Notes: a model not told the origin generated them from the sequence alone. Shown: positions 18,838 through 29,929, numbered from the stretch's first letter. The stretch is DNA of 64,000 nt from Methanimicrococcus sp. OttesenSCG-928-J09 (GCA_030266245.1 JAJDHP010000004.1:994-64993), one strand, 5' to 3'. Numbers and translations are program-made.

Positions 18838-20577
18838 TCAGTCTTTCAGTGCTTTCTGCCGAAGTTCCCTGTTAAACGTGATCGCAAATCTGTGTGCTTC
18901 ATCACGAATTTCCTGAAGATAAAGGGAAGCTTTCTCATTCTTTTTAATCGGGAGCGGATCTGACAGCCCCGGAACAAAAACCTCTTCTTCACGTTCTGCC
19001 AGCGAAATCACAGGCGTTTTCACGCCGAGTTTTTTCAATTCGGCAACCGCATAAGAAAGCTGCCCTTTGCCGCCGTCAATCAAAATTAAATCCGGCAGCG
19101 GCTTTTCTTCTTCCAAAAGACGGGAATAGCGTCGGTTGACAACTTCAGCAATTGATGCAAAATCGTTAATGCCTTCAACAGTTTTGATTTTGAAACGGCG
19201 GTAATTAGACTTATCTGCCTTCCCATCACGGAACTGAACCATCGAAGCAACCGTGTGCGTTCCTGACAAATGAGAAATATCAAAACATTCTATCACGCGC
19301 GGCGGCTCCGGCAGCATCAGCCGTTTTCCAAGCTCTTCCACTTTAGAAGTTGCACTGAAGAAGGCAATTTCAATATTCTTTTCAGCCAGCAGCAGCAAGT
19401 CTTTTTTGTCGCCGCGTTTGGGAATCGTAATTTTAACAGCTTTGCCGCGGCGCTGAGACAGGAAATCAATCAAAGACTGACTGATATTTTCATTCTCCGC
19501 TCCGTTTTCAGCTTTGACAGCACCGGTTTCAGTTTTGGCAGTACCAGTTTCAGCTTTGATAGTACTGATTTCGTTTTTGGCAGTACCCGTTTCAGCTTTG
19601 GAGGTATATACAGCAGGTTTTTCATGAACGACACCCTCTTGTGCCGTATAAGCCTCTTCTTCCAATATTTCTCCCGCATCCGGAAGAATAATTTCGGCAG
19701 GCGTTTCGTGTCCTGAATAATAGCGGACCAAAAATTCCTCTAAAAAGTTTTGGTGATACGGGAATGTAAATTCCTCCTTGCCGACCAAATTGCCTTTCAC
19801 CACGTTGAAAACCATAATGTAAATTTTTCCGTCGCGGATAATATAATTGATAACATCTTCATCATGATTGATTTGGCGCGCGACGTGCTGGCGATTATTC
19901 AAATATTCCAGCGCATAAATCTGATCGCGCAAATCCCTCGCGATTTCAAATTCCTGTTTTTTAGAATATTCTTCCATTTCATTTTTCAGTTTTTCAGCAA
20001 GCTCCGCCGAATTGCCCCTCAGAACAGAATCCGCCTTATCAATCGCTTTTTTATACTCATCTTTGGGAACATTTCCCGTACACGGCGCCATACAGTTGCC
20101 GATATGATAGCGCAGGCAGGGTCTTTTGGGCATATTTCTGCAGGAGCGCAGTTTAAATGTCCGCTTGACGACATCCAATATTTCATCCCGCTCCTTCGCG
20201 GAAACGAACGGACCGTACAGTTTACCGCTTGCAGTTGCCCGCCTCAGAATGCCGATGCGCGGGAAATCTTCGCCGCTGATATGGATAAACGCGTAGCTCT
20301 TTGAATCCTTTAAGTCAATATTGTATTTCGGATTATGTTTTTTAATCAGCGTGTTTTCCAAAATCAGCGCTTCAACTTCGTTTGCCGTTATGATAAAATC
20401 AACGGAAACAATATGCCTGACCAAAAGGCGTGTCTTCGGGTCAAGGTCCCGTTTTTGAAAATAACTGGAAACGCGTTTTTTAAGATTTTTGGCCTTGCCG
20501 ATATAAATGATTTCATCGTCTTTGTCGCGGTAAATATAACAGCCGCTCGATGTCGGAATAATGGATAAGTCAATCAT
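18838..20577 (-). CDS. uvrC: excinuclease ABC subunit C
   Basis: GIY-YIG (GCYIY...YIGKAKNLKKRV), IECFDISH, DGGKGQ, RDEAHRFAI. Confidence 0.96.
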   Translation of the reverse strand: MIDLSIIPTSSGCYIYRDKDDEIIYIGKAKNLKKRVSSYFQKRDLDPKTRLLVRHIVSVDFIITANEVEALILENTLIKKHNPKYNIDLKDSKSYAFIHISGEDFPRIGILRRATASGKLYGPFVSAKERDEILDVVKRTFKLRSCRNMPKRPCLRYHIGNCMAPCTGNVPKDEYKKAIDKADSVLRGNSAELAEKLKNEMEEYSKKQEFEIARDLRDQIYALEYLNNRQHVARQINHDEDVINYIIRDGKIYIMVFNVVKGNLVGKEEFTFPYHQNFLEEFLVRYYSGHETPAEIILPDAGEILEEEAYTAQEGVVHEKPAVYTSKAETGTAKNEISTIKAETGTAKTETGAVKAENGAENENISQSLIDFLSQRRGKAVKITIPKRGDKKDLLLLAEKNIEIAFFSATSKVEELGKRLMLPEPPRVIECFDISHLSGTHTVASMVQFRDGKADKSNYRRFKIKTVEGINDFASIAEVVNRRYSRLLEEEKPLPDLILIDGGKGQLSYAVAELKKLGVKTPVISLAEREEEVFVPGLSDPLPIKKNEKASLYLQEIRDEAHRFAITFNRELRQKALKD

Positions 20578-20680
20578 TTTCTTTCTTTTTTAATTAATTA
20601 TTATTTCCATTTCATTATTTTTCGTATTAATTAATTTGTTAAATTTTATTTATCCTTTTCCTTAACTTCAATCTGCGCCG

Positions 20681-21091
20681 TCAATTAAATTCGCTGTCTT
20701 CATCTTCTTCCTCATCATCAAATTCGTAATCAACGATTTCAAGAGATATCAAATTTCCGTTGCGGTCGAATGCTTTCCAAGACTCTCTCGAATACGGTTC
20801 GCCGACAATAATATTCACTTCATTTGTTCTGAAGAAAATCAAATCCTGTTCGGACGGACGAACTGCGCCGCTCGGATGACTGTGAACTGATCCCGCGTGC
20901 GGCATATTCGGCATCGTCCATGTTTTTAAGCTGACGCTTCTGCTCGTTGAATCCGTTCCGGGCAGATAAATCACATTGATAATTGTATCGCCGTCCGCCT
21001 CCAGAAGTGCGCCGAATTCGCGCGGATGCGTCGCCTTGCATGATTCCAATATAAAATCAAGAGTGTCGGATGCGATTTTTTTAACAGCCAT
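20681..21091 (-). CDS. JAMM/MPN+ metalloprotease (Mov34 family)
   Basis: HPREF...GSVHSHPSG...PSEQD motif. Confidence 0.9.
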   Translation of the reverse strand: MAVKKIASDTLDFILESCKATHPREFGALLEADGDTIINVIYLPGTDSTSRSVSLKTWTMPNMPHAGSVHSHPSGAVRPSEQDLIFFRTNEVNIIVGEPYSRESWKAFDRNGNLISLEIVDYEFDDEEEDEDSEFN

Positions 21092-21281
21092 AATATCACA
21101 GATATATAATTTCTATTCAAATAATTTCTTCTCATTTAATAAAACCGTATCGGGTTTTATTGTGTTATATCTTATTTTTAAAATTAAAACGGCTGAAAAC
21201 CAAAAAAAAGCGGAACGGTTTTCGCCGTCCCGCCTCGTTTTTATTATTTGTGATTATTTCGAATCTATTTCATCAATTCGA

Positions 21282-22355
21282 TTATTCTTTGTCATCCAAA
21301 TCCAATTCAATGTACTGCATTGACTTTTTCGGTTTGGGGGTTGCTGATGTTGATGCGGATGCTGCTGACGCGGCAGAGTCAGATGCAGCTGATGCCGGCG
21401 GTGTTGCCGGTGCTGTTCTCTGTTCCGGCGGCTGCCATTCTGTTTCTTTTTTCGTCTCCATCTTTTCCTTTTCCATCACGGCATCGAAGTAAGCGTATTT
21501 GGAGTTGCTGACTTTAGGTTCCTCTTTGGGAACAATTTTCGGAGCAGGTTCCGGTTTTTCATCTTTTGTTTCAAAAATCTGAACACCTTCGTCATCTTCC
21601 GGATTACGGCTCGGTTCTTTCTTTTCACGGAATGCGTACATCGTTTCCGGCGGAACTTCCGCAGGTTTTTCTTCTTTGGCGGCAACAGCAGCTGCTGCGG
21701 ATTTGTCTGTTACGATTCCGGATTGGGTTTCTTCATCAAAAGAATAAGATCTGGCTTCAAAAAGTTCTAAATCTTCATCATCCCAGTTGCTTTCAGAAGG
21801 CTCGGCAAGAGGTGCGGCAGCAGCAACAGGCGCGGCGGTTGCAGCAGTGGAGGCAGCTGCGGCGGCAGATGAAGCAGTGGCAGTTGAAGCGGTGGCAGTT
21901 GAAGCAGTGGCAGCTGATGCAGAATTATCTGTTTCATTGACTGCGGATTTCTGCTCGGAAATAACTTTTTTATCTTCCGTCGGCGGTTTCCACTCAATAA
22001 TTTCTTCTTCGTTAACTTTCTTTTCATCAACAACGATGACAGGACCTTCCACAACTCTTTGTTTAGGCTTGGCGGCAGGTGCTGTTTTCAAAGATTCGAC
22101 AGCGTTATCGTATTCATCGTCTGTGTCAAATTCATCTTTAAAGCTTGAAGGGGTTGATGCCGATTCTGCGCGTTTGAGTTTTTTGCCGGTATTTTCTTTC
22201 TTTACTTTCGGCGCTTTGACTTTCTTTTCCTTAACGATACCGTGTTCCTGATTGTATTTTCTTTTGCCGATTAATAAACTGACAACGGCAACAATAATCA
22301 CAAGCAAGATAAACACTATCGGGTAAACGTAAACTGGCAGTTCTGAGAGTTCCAT
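21282..22355 (-). CDS. membrane-anchored low-complexity hypothetical protein
   Basis: N-terminal hydrophobic helix followed by long Ala/Glu/Lys/Pro-rich sequence. Confidence 0.7.
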   Translation of the reverse strand: MELSELPVYVYPIVFILLVIIVAVVSLLIGKRKYNQEHGIVKEKKVKAPKVKKENTGKKLKRAESASTPSSFKDEFDTDDEYDNAVESLKTAPAAKPKQRVVEGPVIVVDEKKVNEEEIIEWKPPTEDKKVISEQKSAVNETDNSASAATASTATASTATASSAAAAASTAATAAPVAAAAPLAEPSESNWDDEDLELFEARSYSFDEETQSGIVTDKSAAAAVAAKEEKPAEVPPETMYAFREKKEPSRNPEDDEGVQIFETKDEKPEPAPKIVPKEEPKVSNSKYAYFDAVMEKEKMETKKETEWQPPEQRTAPATPPASAASDSAASAASASTSATPKPKKSMQYIELDLDDKE

Positions 22356-22424
22356 GACAAAAAAAGAGGCTTTGCTTATATAAAAATCTTGAGCAACCTG
22401 CATTCTATAAAAAATCAGAAAAAG

Positions 22425-22498
22425 TGGGCCCGCTGAGATTCGAACTCAGGACCTCCGCCATGTGAGGGCGACGTCATAACCGTCTAGACCACGAGCCC
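22425..22498 (-). tRNA. tRNA-Val(CAC)
   Basis: GGGCTCGTGGTCTAG...TCGCC-CTCACAT-GGCGG...GTTCGAATC...GGGCCCA cloverleaf. Confidence 0.96.
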
Positions 22499-22606
22499 AC
22501 GGAAGTAAGTGATTGTAAATAATGTGAATGATAAAAGTAAGTTGAACATAAATCGGCGTTTTCACTTTTATACATTTCCCGCCGAATGTTAAATTAATAT
22601 GATATA

Positions 22607-22680
22607 TGGGCCCGCTGAGATTCGAACTCAGGACCTCCGCCGTGTAAAGGCGGTGTCATGACCATCTAGACCACGAGCCC
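22607..22680 (-). tRNA. tRNA-Val(TAC)
   Basis: GGGCTCGTGGTCTAG...CCGCC-TTTACAC-GGCGG...GTTCGAATC...GGGCCCA cloverleaf. Confidence 0.96.
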
Positions 22681-22800
22681 AACTTCGAAAAAAACGGAAA
22701 CTAAGTATAAATACTTTCTCACAGACACGCCGAAAAAACAGTTTGTTTATTTTCCAAAAAAATAAGGCGCATTTTTTCAATTCTATTAAAAAATTGTGCC

Positions 22801-22943
22801 GATCGCGCGCGACAGCAGCAGGCAGCAATCTGTAACGGCAACAGTAAGGCAGCAATCTGTAACGGCAACAGTAAGGTAGCAATCTGTAACGGCAGCAGTA
22901 AGGTAGCTGTAGCAAATTAGTTTTGCATTGGCAGGTACATATA
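22801..22943. repeat. dispersed repeat family B with three 27-nt units
   Basis: TCGCGCGCG, then (GCAATCTGTAACGGCAACAGTAAGG(C/T)A) x3, ending TTTTGCATTGGCAGGTACATATA like family A. Confidence 0.85.
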
Positions 22944-23261
22944 GTAAAAGTAAAAAAGATGAGAATTAATCCGTGTTTATTATAATATAAGCAGATAAAA
23001 ATTAACCCTCGCTTTTCTATGATTCTATAAAAATGATGCCGTTCGCGCACGCGGGGAACAACGTCGGCAACAGCAAGCTGCAACCGTTAAAACTAAAAAA
23101 ATACAGCATCAAACGAATTGAATCAAATAAAAAAAGTCTTAAAACAACCAATTTAAACAAAATAATTGCAATAACCAAAACCAAAAATATTTGACAACCG
23201 CATGCCCTTTTCATTTTTTGAATAACAGCATTTATATGTTTTATTTTTCTTAATACGTTTT

Positions 23262-23879
23262 ATGCCTCACCGTGAACGCGAAGACGCGGAATCCGAATAC
23301 GTTGAGCAATACTTGGGAGAATATGCCAGCGTTTCCTCTATTGTCAAAGAGGCGCTGCCTTTTGAACTCGTTGCGGTGGTCGGCGGCATTATTTCAGGTG
23401 TTATCTTATCCGGCATGACCAACGAACTTGAAATGATTCCCGGATTGATTGTGATTATTCCCGGTATCATGGGACTTCGCGGCAACATTTCATCCACGCT
23501 CGGATCCCGTTTGGGAAGCGCGATTCATATGGGTCTGATTACAAAAATCGATTACAAAAACCGCGAACTCACCAACAACATTGTCGGATCAATGATTCTG
23601 ACAGTCATTATTTCTATTTTCTTAGGATTCCTCGGGCACTTTGTTTCCATTTTATTGGGATTCGGAAGCGCCGGTCTTTTTAATTTAATTCTTATTTCAC
23701 TCATGTCCGGCTTTTTCTCCGGTCTGATTCTTTCATTCGTTTCCGTTTATTTGTCAATTGGAGCATTCCGCTTCGGTTTTGACCCCGACAACGTCGTCAC
23801 GCCCTCAATTGCAACAATCGGCGATATCATCTCTGTCGCGATGATTTTCATATTCGCCAGGCTGGTGCTGATGATATGA
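23262..23879 (+). CDS. MgtE-like membrane domain protein
   Basis: GLRGNISSTLGSRLGSAIH, FDPDNVVTPSIATIGD. Confidence 0.88.
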   Translation: MPHREREDAESEYVEQYLGEYASVSSIVKEALPFELVAVVGGIISGVILSGMTNELEMIPGLIVIIPGIMGLRGNISSTLGSRLGSAIHMGLITKIDYKNRELTNNIVGSMILTVIISIFLGFLGHFVSILLGFGSAGLFNLILISLMSGFFSGLILSFVSVYLSIGAFRFGFDPDNVVTPSIATIGDIISVAMIFIFARLVLMI

Positions 23880-24439
23880 GCTATTATACCGTCAAAGGGC
23901 TCGTCAAAGGCGGTCTTCCGATTTTAATTGTCACCTGCTTTATGGCAATCATTGTCGGACTGCTTCTCGGATATCAGGAAGATATTCTCATTGAATATCC
24001 GACACTTCTGATTCTCATGCCTGTTTTGCTTAAAATCGGCGGCGATACCGGAAGCATGCTCGGCTCTCGCCTCTCTTCCGCTTTCCATCTCGGTCTGGGA
24101 CGCGGTATTCTCAACAATCCTGTTGTCAAAAACAGCGTGATTGCTGCAATTATTGTTGCCGTCATCTCATCGCTTTTCGTCAGCATTGTCGTTTATTTTA
24201 TAAATCTGGTCTTAGGCTACGGAACATCCGTTGAACTGATTTTCGGTGTCAGCTTCATTGTTGTTATCTTAGACATTCTGATTGTTTACACATCAGCAGT
24301 CGTCTTATCTTCTCTCTCACATAAACTTGGAATCGATCCGGATGATATTGTAATTCCTGTCGTTGCCAGCATGGGCGACTTGGTCGGTGTGATCGGCATA
24401 ATGATTGCCGTTATCGCTTTCGGATTGGTCGTTCTCTAA
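23876..24439 (+). CDS. MgtE-like membrane domain protein
   Basis: GGDTGSMLGSRLSSAFH, IDPDDIVIPVVASMGD. Confidence 0.88.
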   Translation: MSYYTVKGLVKGGLPILIVTCFMAIIVGLLLGYQEDILIEYPTLLILMPVLLKIGGDTGSMLGSRLSSAFHLGLGRGILNNPVVKNSVIAAIIVAVISSLFVSIVVYFINLVLGYGTSVELIFGVSFIVVILDILIVYTSAVVLSSLSHKLGIDPDDIVIPVVASMGDLVGVIGIMIAVIAFGLVVL

Positions 24440-24663
24440 TATTAAAATTTATGATTTTATCATTCAAAATAAATTAAAAAAATAATTCAAGAGACTGAAT
24501 TTAAAACAAATATCGAAATATAACTCTAAAAATAATTCAAAATAAAATAATCAAAATAATAGTCAAAAAAATTCAAAAACGAAACTAAAATTAATAAATT
24601 ACATAATCGCCGTCTTGAAACGGCAAACTTTAGGTAAAATTAAAAAAGGATGGTTTTTCCTGT

Positions 24664-25872
24664 ATGGCTAAAAATCGGTATCAATATAAGCCCCGTAATT
24701 TGAAAGAATTGCTGGTTGAAATGAAAGACACTTCAGAACTCATGGTAGATTTGGCGTACTCGGCAATGATTTACGATGACGAAGACATCGCTGAAGAAGT
24801 GATGCATTTGGAAGAAAACATGGACATGCTTGACTACCAAATCAAAATGGGCGCCATTTTAAGCACACGCCGCATTGAAGAAGCTGAGCAGCTTCTCGGT
24901 GTTTTGGAAGTTGCAGCGGCATCTGAATACATTGCCAACGCCGCCATGGAAATTTCAAAATGCGTTCTCATGGACATTTCCATTCCCGACCGTTTGAAAG
25001 TCGCGCTCAGAAACGCCAATGAAACGATTGTCAAAGTCCGTCTCAATGAAGAATCTGAAATGGTCGGGCAGACACTCGGTGATTTAGAACTTGATGTCGA
25101 GACAGGTATGTGGATTATCGCCATGCGCCGCAATTCTGAATGGATTTATGCGCCCAACAGCGAAACCAGACTTCGTCAAGGCGATGTTTTAATCGCTCGC
25201 GGTCACGATGAAGGCGTTCCGATTTTCTTTAAGAAAGCGACCAACAAAATTTACACGCCGAGAAAAGTCATCGACTATAACGATCCGGCCGAATTCGACC
25301 AGTCCATTGACATCATCGTTGAAATGAAAAACATGTGCGAACTGTCCGTCGGCTTAGCGTATTCTGCGCTTCTGCTCAACAACAAAGACATCGCTCACGA
25401 AGTTCAGGCGATTGAGCAGCATTTGGATGAAATGAAGTATGCGGTTCAGGATTTAGTTTTAGAAGCCGCCGCTTCCGCCGCCGAAGGCGAAGATTTAACG
25501 GATTACAAAAGTCTTCTCATCTTCTCAAGCGCGTCCGAGAAAATTTCAAACGCTGCCTCCGACATTGCCGACCCTGTTGTTCGTGAAATCGAGCTTCACC
25601 CGATTATCGCGATGGCGGTTCGTGAATCCGATGAAGTCATCATCAAAGTCGAAGTCGCCGATTGTTCCCCGATTATCGGTCAAACTCTGAAAGAGCTTAG
25701 GCTGGAAACCGAAACCGGCATCCATATTTTGGCGATTAAAAGAGAAAACCGCTGGCTTTATTCTATCAGCGGCCGGATTACGATTCAGGAGAACGATGTC
25801 TTAATCGCCCGCGGATCTCATTCCGGAGAAGAAGCGCTCATTGAAATGTGTTCCTGTCCGGTGAATTTGTAA
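24664..25872 (+). CDS. PhoU/TrkA-C domain regulatory protein
   Basis: Duplicated EMKxxxELxVxLAYSA helices, each followed by a TrkA-C domain (GxTL...ETG...D VLIARG). Confidence 0.88.
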   Translation: MAKNRYQYKPRNLKELLVEMKDTSELMVDLAYSAMIYDDEDIAEEVMHLEENMDMLDYQIKMGAILSTRRIEEAEQLLGVLEVAAASEYIANAAMEISKCVLMDISIPDRLKVALRNANETIVKVRLNEESEMVGQTLGDLELDVETGMWIIAMRRNSEWIYAPNSETRLRQGDVLIARGHDEGVPIFFKKATNKIYTPRKVIDYNDPAEFDQSIDIIVEMKNMCELSVGLAYSALLLNNKDIAHEVQAIEQHLDEMKYAVQDLVLEAAASAAEGEDLTDYKSLLIFSSASEKISNAASDIADPVVREIELHPIIAMAVRESDEVIIKVEVADCSPIIGQTLKELRLETETGIHILAIKRENRWLYSISGRITIQENDVLIARGSHSGEEALIEMCSCPVNL

Positions 25873-26085
25873 ACCGGACACCATCCTTTTTTATTTTTAT
25901 TTTATTTTTAAACACCGCTTCTTTTCGAGGCAACCCTTACTTTTATATAACTGCAAACGTTTTTTACATTCTATTAATTATTATTGACACAAATTTTGTT
26001 GACATGATTTTTATTGACGTAAATGTTGTTGACATGATTTTATTGACATGAATGAGTGTTGTGTTTCATAATTTGGTGACGAACG

Positions 26086-26766
26086 ATGGATAATCTAATT
26101 TCATTTTTTATTATTGCCTTTACATCGGTTTTCGTTATCGTCAACCCGCTCAGCGGTTTATTTACATTTATGTCGATGACCAGCGGTTATCAGAAGAAAA
26201 CAAAAAATCTGTATGCTAAGAAGTCAATTTTGCTCGCGATGGGCATGGCGCTCTTTTTCGCGATTGCCGGCTCACTCGTTCTCAATCTTTTCAATATCAG
26301 CATTGATGCTCTTCGTATTGCCGGCGGCATTATTCTTCTTTCCGTCGGTTTTAACATGATGACGGCAAAGGTCAACCCGATTGTCTCTTCCACAGAAATC
26401 TCCGAATCCACAGATAAGGACTTCTGGGTTTTTCCAATCGCAATTCCGCTGCTCTGCGGTCCCGGTACAATTTCAACAGTGATTGTTTTAACCGGCGGCA
26501 GAGGATTTCTGGAAATTATTATCGCATTGGTTGCAATCGTTCTCGTTTACTGTATTGCTTATTTGATGTTCCGCTCTTCTGAAGCCATCACCAAGCGCCT
26601 CAGTTATACCGGAATGCTCGTGATTACACGTTTGCTCGGCCTTCTTTTGGCAGCGATTGCGGTCGGCATGATTTTAACAGGATTTGAAAACTATGCCGTT
26701 GACCTGCTTCGCAATTTACTTAAAGAATTCTTTGAACCGATAAACGGAACAGCACCCGCCGTATGA
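26086..26766 (+). CDS. MarC family membrane protein
   Basis: IVNPL, RIAGGIILL, PIAIPLLCGPGTI, TRLLGLLLAAIAV. Confidence 0.92.
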   Translation: MDNLISFFIIAFTSVFVIVNPLSGLFTFMSMTSGYQKKTKNLYAKKSILLAMGMALFFAIAGSLVLNLFNISIDALRIAGGIILLSVGFNMMTAKVNPIVSSTEISESTDKDFWVFPIAIPLLCGPGTISTVIVLTGGRGFLEIIIALVAIVLVYCIAYLMFRSSEAITKRLSYTGMLVITRLLGLLLAAIAVGMILTGFENYAVDLLRNLLKEFFEPINGTAPAV

Positions 26767-26786
26767 ATATTTGGATTTGGATTATT

Positions 26787-26978
26787 ATGAAAAAAGAAAC
26801 GCTTTCCATTATGATTTGTCCGGTTTGCCGCGGAAAACTTGAAGCCAAGCCCGAAGAAGAAACCGAAACTGAAATCATTTCCGGCAATTTATATTGTCAA
26901 AGCTGCGGCATTTACTATCCGATTGAAAATAAGATTGCCAATATGCTGCCGCCGGAATTGAGAGACAGTTTTAACTAA
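26787..26978 (+). CDS. Trm112-like methyltransferase activator
   Basis: ICPVCRGKL...LYCQSC...YPIENKIANMLP. Confidence 0.9.
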   Translation: MKKETLSIMICPVCRGKLEAKPEEETETEIISGNLYCQSCGIYYPIENKIANMLPPELRDSFN

Positions 26979-27107
26979 TTTTATTTTGCGGCTGTCGGCT
27001 CTTGTATCTGCCGCTGCCAACAGCCTTCGCGCGCGAACGGTATCATTTTTAAGAATTAAGAAAATCCGCTATTGGTTTTTCGTATCTTCTTTTTATATGA
27101 AGGAATT

Positions 27108-27243
27108 TGTTTCCACTTGGAGTCAGGTTGCTGTTTTGCAGTTGGAGTCAGGTTTCCGTTTTGCAGTTGGAGTCAGGTTTTCGTTTTGCAGTGGGAGGGT
27201 GGTGTTTATGAAAAATCGCTTCGCGATTTTTGCTGCCGTCGCT
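27108..27243. repeat. dispersed repeat family A, inverted copy with 3 units
   Basis: TTGGAGTCAGG x3, then TGCAGTGGGAGGG-GGTGTTTATG-AAAATCGC/GCGATTTT. Confidence 0.88.
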
Positions 27244-27489
27244 ATTTGTTCTGTGCGCTATGCAGTATTCAGATTTAGCCTGACCGCAGCCGCATGCGTT
27301 TCACGCCGATATTATAAATTGAAAAAATGTCGATTTTGTTTTATTCACACTTCATAAATAAAAAAAGATAATGAATAATTTTATTAACTCATGAAGTATA
27401 ATAACAATCAACTTAGCGTTAATTTAAGTAAACTTTCATTTTTATCACACAATTTATCACACAATTATTATCAATTCAGAGGAATTGCA

Positions 27490-28332
27490 ATGAAAGAAGT
27501 TCTTCAAGATATCTATATCGGGCGCCAAAATTTAGACTCGATCGAGTTTAAATACGATACGATCGAAGTCCCGCTTTACAGAGGCGAAGACCGCGAGTTT
27601 CAGATTTTCATTAAAAACTTCGCCGCGCCGACATTTATTTCATTTTTACCTGACGATTCGATTCGCGATTATATCATCTTAGTGCCGAGCAAACACCATA
27701 TTCAAAATAACGATTATGTCCGCGTCGTCATCCGCATCCCCTATAATGCAAAACCGACCGCGGAAGGAATGTTTTATGTCGTGACCGGTTACGGCGCTCA
27801 AAAGAAAGGCTTTAAGCTTTCCGTCGGCTCCGATAAAGTCCGCTTATCAACGCTTTCAGACTCCGGCGACCTGTCCGGCGAACGCATTTCCAATAATCCT
27901 GCCGGAGACCTTTACCGTCCCGAAGGTCCGATGATTCCGACCGTTCCCGAACGCATTCAGCTGGTAACGGACGACGATGATGACGATGACTTAAAGCCGG
28001 AAAAGCCGCAGCCGTCTTTTGCCGTTAAAAAAGACTGGAACCAAGCCTCCGGCAAAAAATCAGGATGGTCTGCCCGCTCATCCTCAAAAGCTGAAAAATA
28101 TAAGCCGACGAAAGAAGTCGAACCGCTGTCAACAGCCGAAAAAGTATCTTTCTTTGTTTCGGTTCTGCTGATTGCTGTTTTAGTCGCCATGTTCGTTTAC
28201 ATCCAAATTACGGATATCAATTCCATTTTCAATTTCGATCAAACGATTATTTTAGCGCTTATCACAATCGGATTCGTTATTTTTATTGTTCTTCTTCTTT
28301 CCATGTTCCTGAAAAGAACGAATTTAAAATAA
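27490..28332 (+). CDS. archaeal hypothetical protein with two C-terminal TM helices
   Basis: Long ORF with a VVTGYGA motif and hydrophobic C-terminus; GAGG upstream of the ATG. Confidence 0.75.
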   Translation: MKEVLQDIYIGRQNLDSIEFKYDTIEVPLYRGEDREFQIFIKNFAAPTFISFLPDDSIRDYIILVPSKHHIQNNDYVRVVIRIPYNAKPTAEGMFYVVTGYGAQKKGFKLSVGSDKVRLSTLSDSGDLSGERISNNPAGDLYRPEGPMIPTVPERIQLVTDDDDDDDLKPEKPQPSFAVKKDWNQASGKKSGWSARSSSKAEKYKPTKEVEPLSTAEKVSFFVSVLLIAVLVAMFVYIQITDINSIFNFDQTIILALITIGFVIFIVLLLSMFLKRTNLK

Positions 28333-28453
28333 AAATAATGTAAATGAATTTTAAATTAGAACCAAACAATTAAATATGAATCGGGAAACAATTGTTTCTC
28401 ATTCCTTTTTTTATTTTTATTTTTAAAGTTTTATCTTCCATCAGGTTGATTAA

Positions 28454-29929
28454 ATGTCAGCAGAAAACACAGTTTCATCCGCCAGCTCTTCAAAAATGCC
28501 GCCGCTGATGCCGACGCCAACAACGACGCCAACGTTATCGGAAAAACAAAGAAAGTGGGTTTTAATCGGCATTTCTTTGGCTTCCTTTATGACGCCGTTC
28601 GGCGCTGCGATGCTCAATCTTTCCCTTCCGGAAATAGGTGCGGATTTCCATGTCAGCGCGCATTCTTTGGGCTGGGTCTCTACTGCTTATTTGCTGTCAT
28701 CCGTTCTCTTTTTAGTTCCGATGGCGCGTCTTTCGGATTTGGCCGGACGTAAAAAACTGTTTCTAATCGGCATGGTTCTGGCGACCATTTCAGCAATACT
28801 TCAGCCGTTTTCACCGAGTTTTTGGGTTCTGGTTCTTCTGCGAACATTAGACGGGCTTTCCATGGCTTGCGTTTTCGCAACCTCACTCCCGATTCTCAGT
28901 TCCATATATCCCGCTTCCAGACGCGGCCTGGTTTTTGGAATCAACATCAGTGTAATCTATATTGGTTCCTCTCTCGGTCCTGTTATCGGCGGCATCGTGA
29001 CAGAATATTTCGGCTGGCGTTATCTGTTTCTCCTTTTGATTCCGTTAGCAGCTGTCAGTACTTTCTTAGTTTACCGCGCGCTTTCCGTTGAATTTATCGA
29101 AGGCAAAGGCGAACCGTTTGATAAAAAAGGAGCTTTGCTGTATATGATTACAGTTTTCTGCGTTTTATTCGGGCTCAGCAATCTCCCGCAGGCATGGGCT
29201 TTTGTTTTGCTGGCAGCAGGTTTAATCGCCCTCCCGATTTTCATTATTTACAGCCGGAAACAAACGTATCCGATAATGCAAATCGGTTTATTTTTCACAA
29301 ATAAACGCTTCACCCGCTCGAATTTCGCCGCTTTTTTGAATTATGCCGGCACTTATGCAGTTATTTTCCTGCTCAGTTTGTATCTGCAACGCGTTTTAAT
29401 GCTGCCGTCAGGGACTGCCGGAATGATTTTGCTGGTACAGCCGCTCTTGCAAGCGATCTTCTCTCCTTTTGTCGGCAAACTTTCGGACCGCGTTGACAGC
29501 CGCTACCTCTCTACATTCGGAATGCTGCTGTTGTCTGTCGGTCTTATCTGTCTTTCAACGCTTAATGCAGATTCTTCCATCTGTCTGCTGATTGTTTTTG
29601 AAGTTCTTCTCGGCATCGGCTTCGCTTTCTTTGCGTCACCCAACACTTCTTCAATTATGAGTTGTGTCAGTAAAAAAGATTACAGCAGCGCCAGCGCATC
29701 CTTGTCGGTTATGCGCCAATCAGGAATGGTTTTGTCCATGGCAATTACAATGTGTATTATTTCCGTCTTCCTCGGCAGTACGGAAATGATTCAGGCGGAC
29801 ACGATTCCGCTGTTTTTGGATGCCATGAAAATGACTTTCTATATCGGAACCGTTTTTTGTTTGGCCGGTGCGGTGCTGTCTTATTTCAGAGGAACGCACG
29901 TTCGCAGAGAAGAGGTTTGTGAGGTTTGA
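28454..29929 (+). CDS. MFS transporter (DHA2/EmrB-like)
   Basis: RLSDLAGRK and GKLSDRV loop motifs; about 14 hydrophobic segments. Confidence 0.92.
   Translation: MSAENTVSSASSSKMPPLMPTPTTTPTLSEKQRKWVLIGISLASFMTPFGAAMLNLSLPEIGADFHVSAHSLGWVSTAYLLSSVLFLVPMARLSDLAGRKKLFLIGMVLATISAILQPFSPSFWVLVLLRTLDGLSMACVFATSLPILSSIYPASRRGLVFGINISVIYIGSSLGPVIGGIVTEYFGWRYLFLLLIPLAAVSTFLVYRALSVEFIEGKGEPFDKKGALLYMITVFCVLFGLSNLPQAWAFVLLAAGLIALPIFIIYSRKQTYPIMQIGLFFTNKRFTRSNFAAFLNYAGTYAVIFLLSLYLQRVLMLPSGTAGMILLVQPLLQAIFSPFVGKLSDRVDSRYLSTFGMLLLSVGLICLSTLNADSSICLLIVFEVLLGIGFAFFASPNTSSIMSCVSKKDYSSASASLSVMRQSGMVLSMAITMCIISVFLGSTEMIQADTIPLFLDAMKMTFYIGTVFCLAGAVLSYFRGTHVRREEVCEV

Noticed and set aside
22628-23083. 151-aa ORF with LLPYCCRYR repeats (similar ORFs at 12345-12773 and 35323-35616)
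   Set aside because: It overlaps tRNA-Val and a family B 27-nt array; the repeats are a DNA feature.
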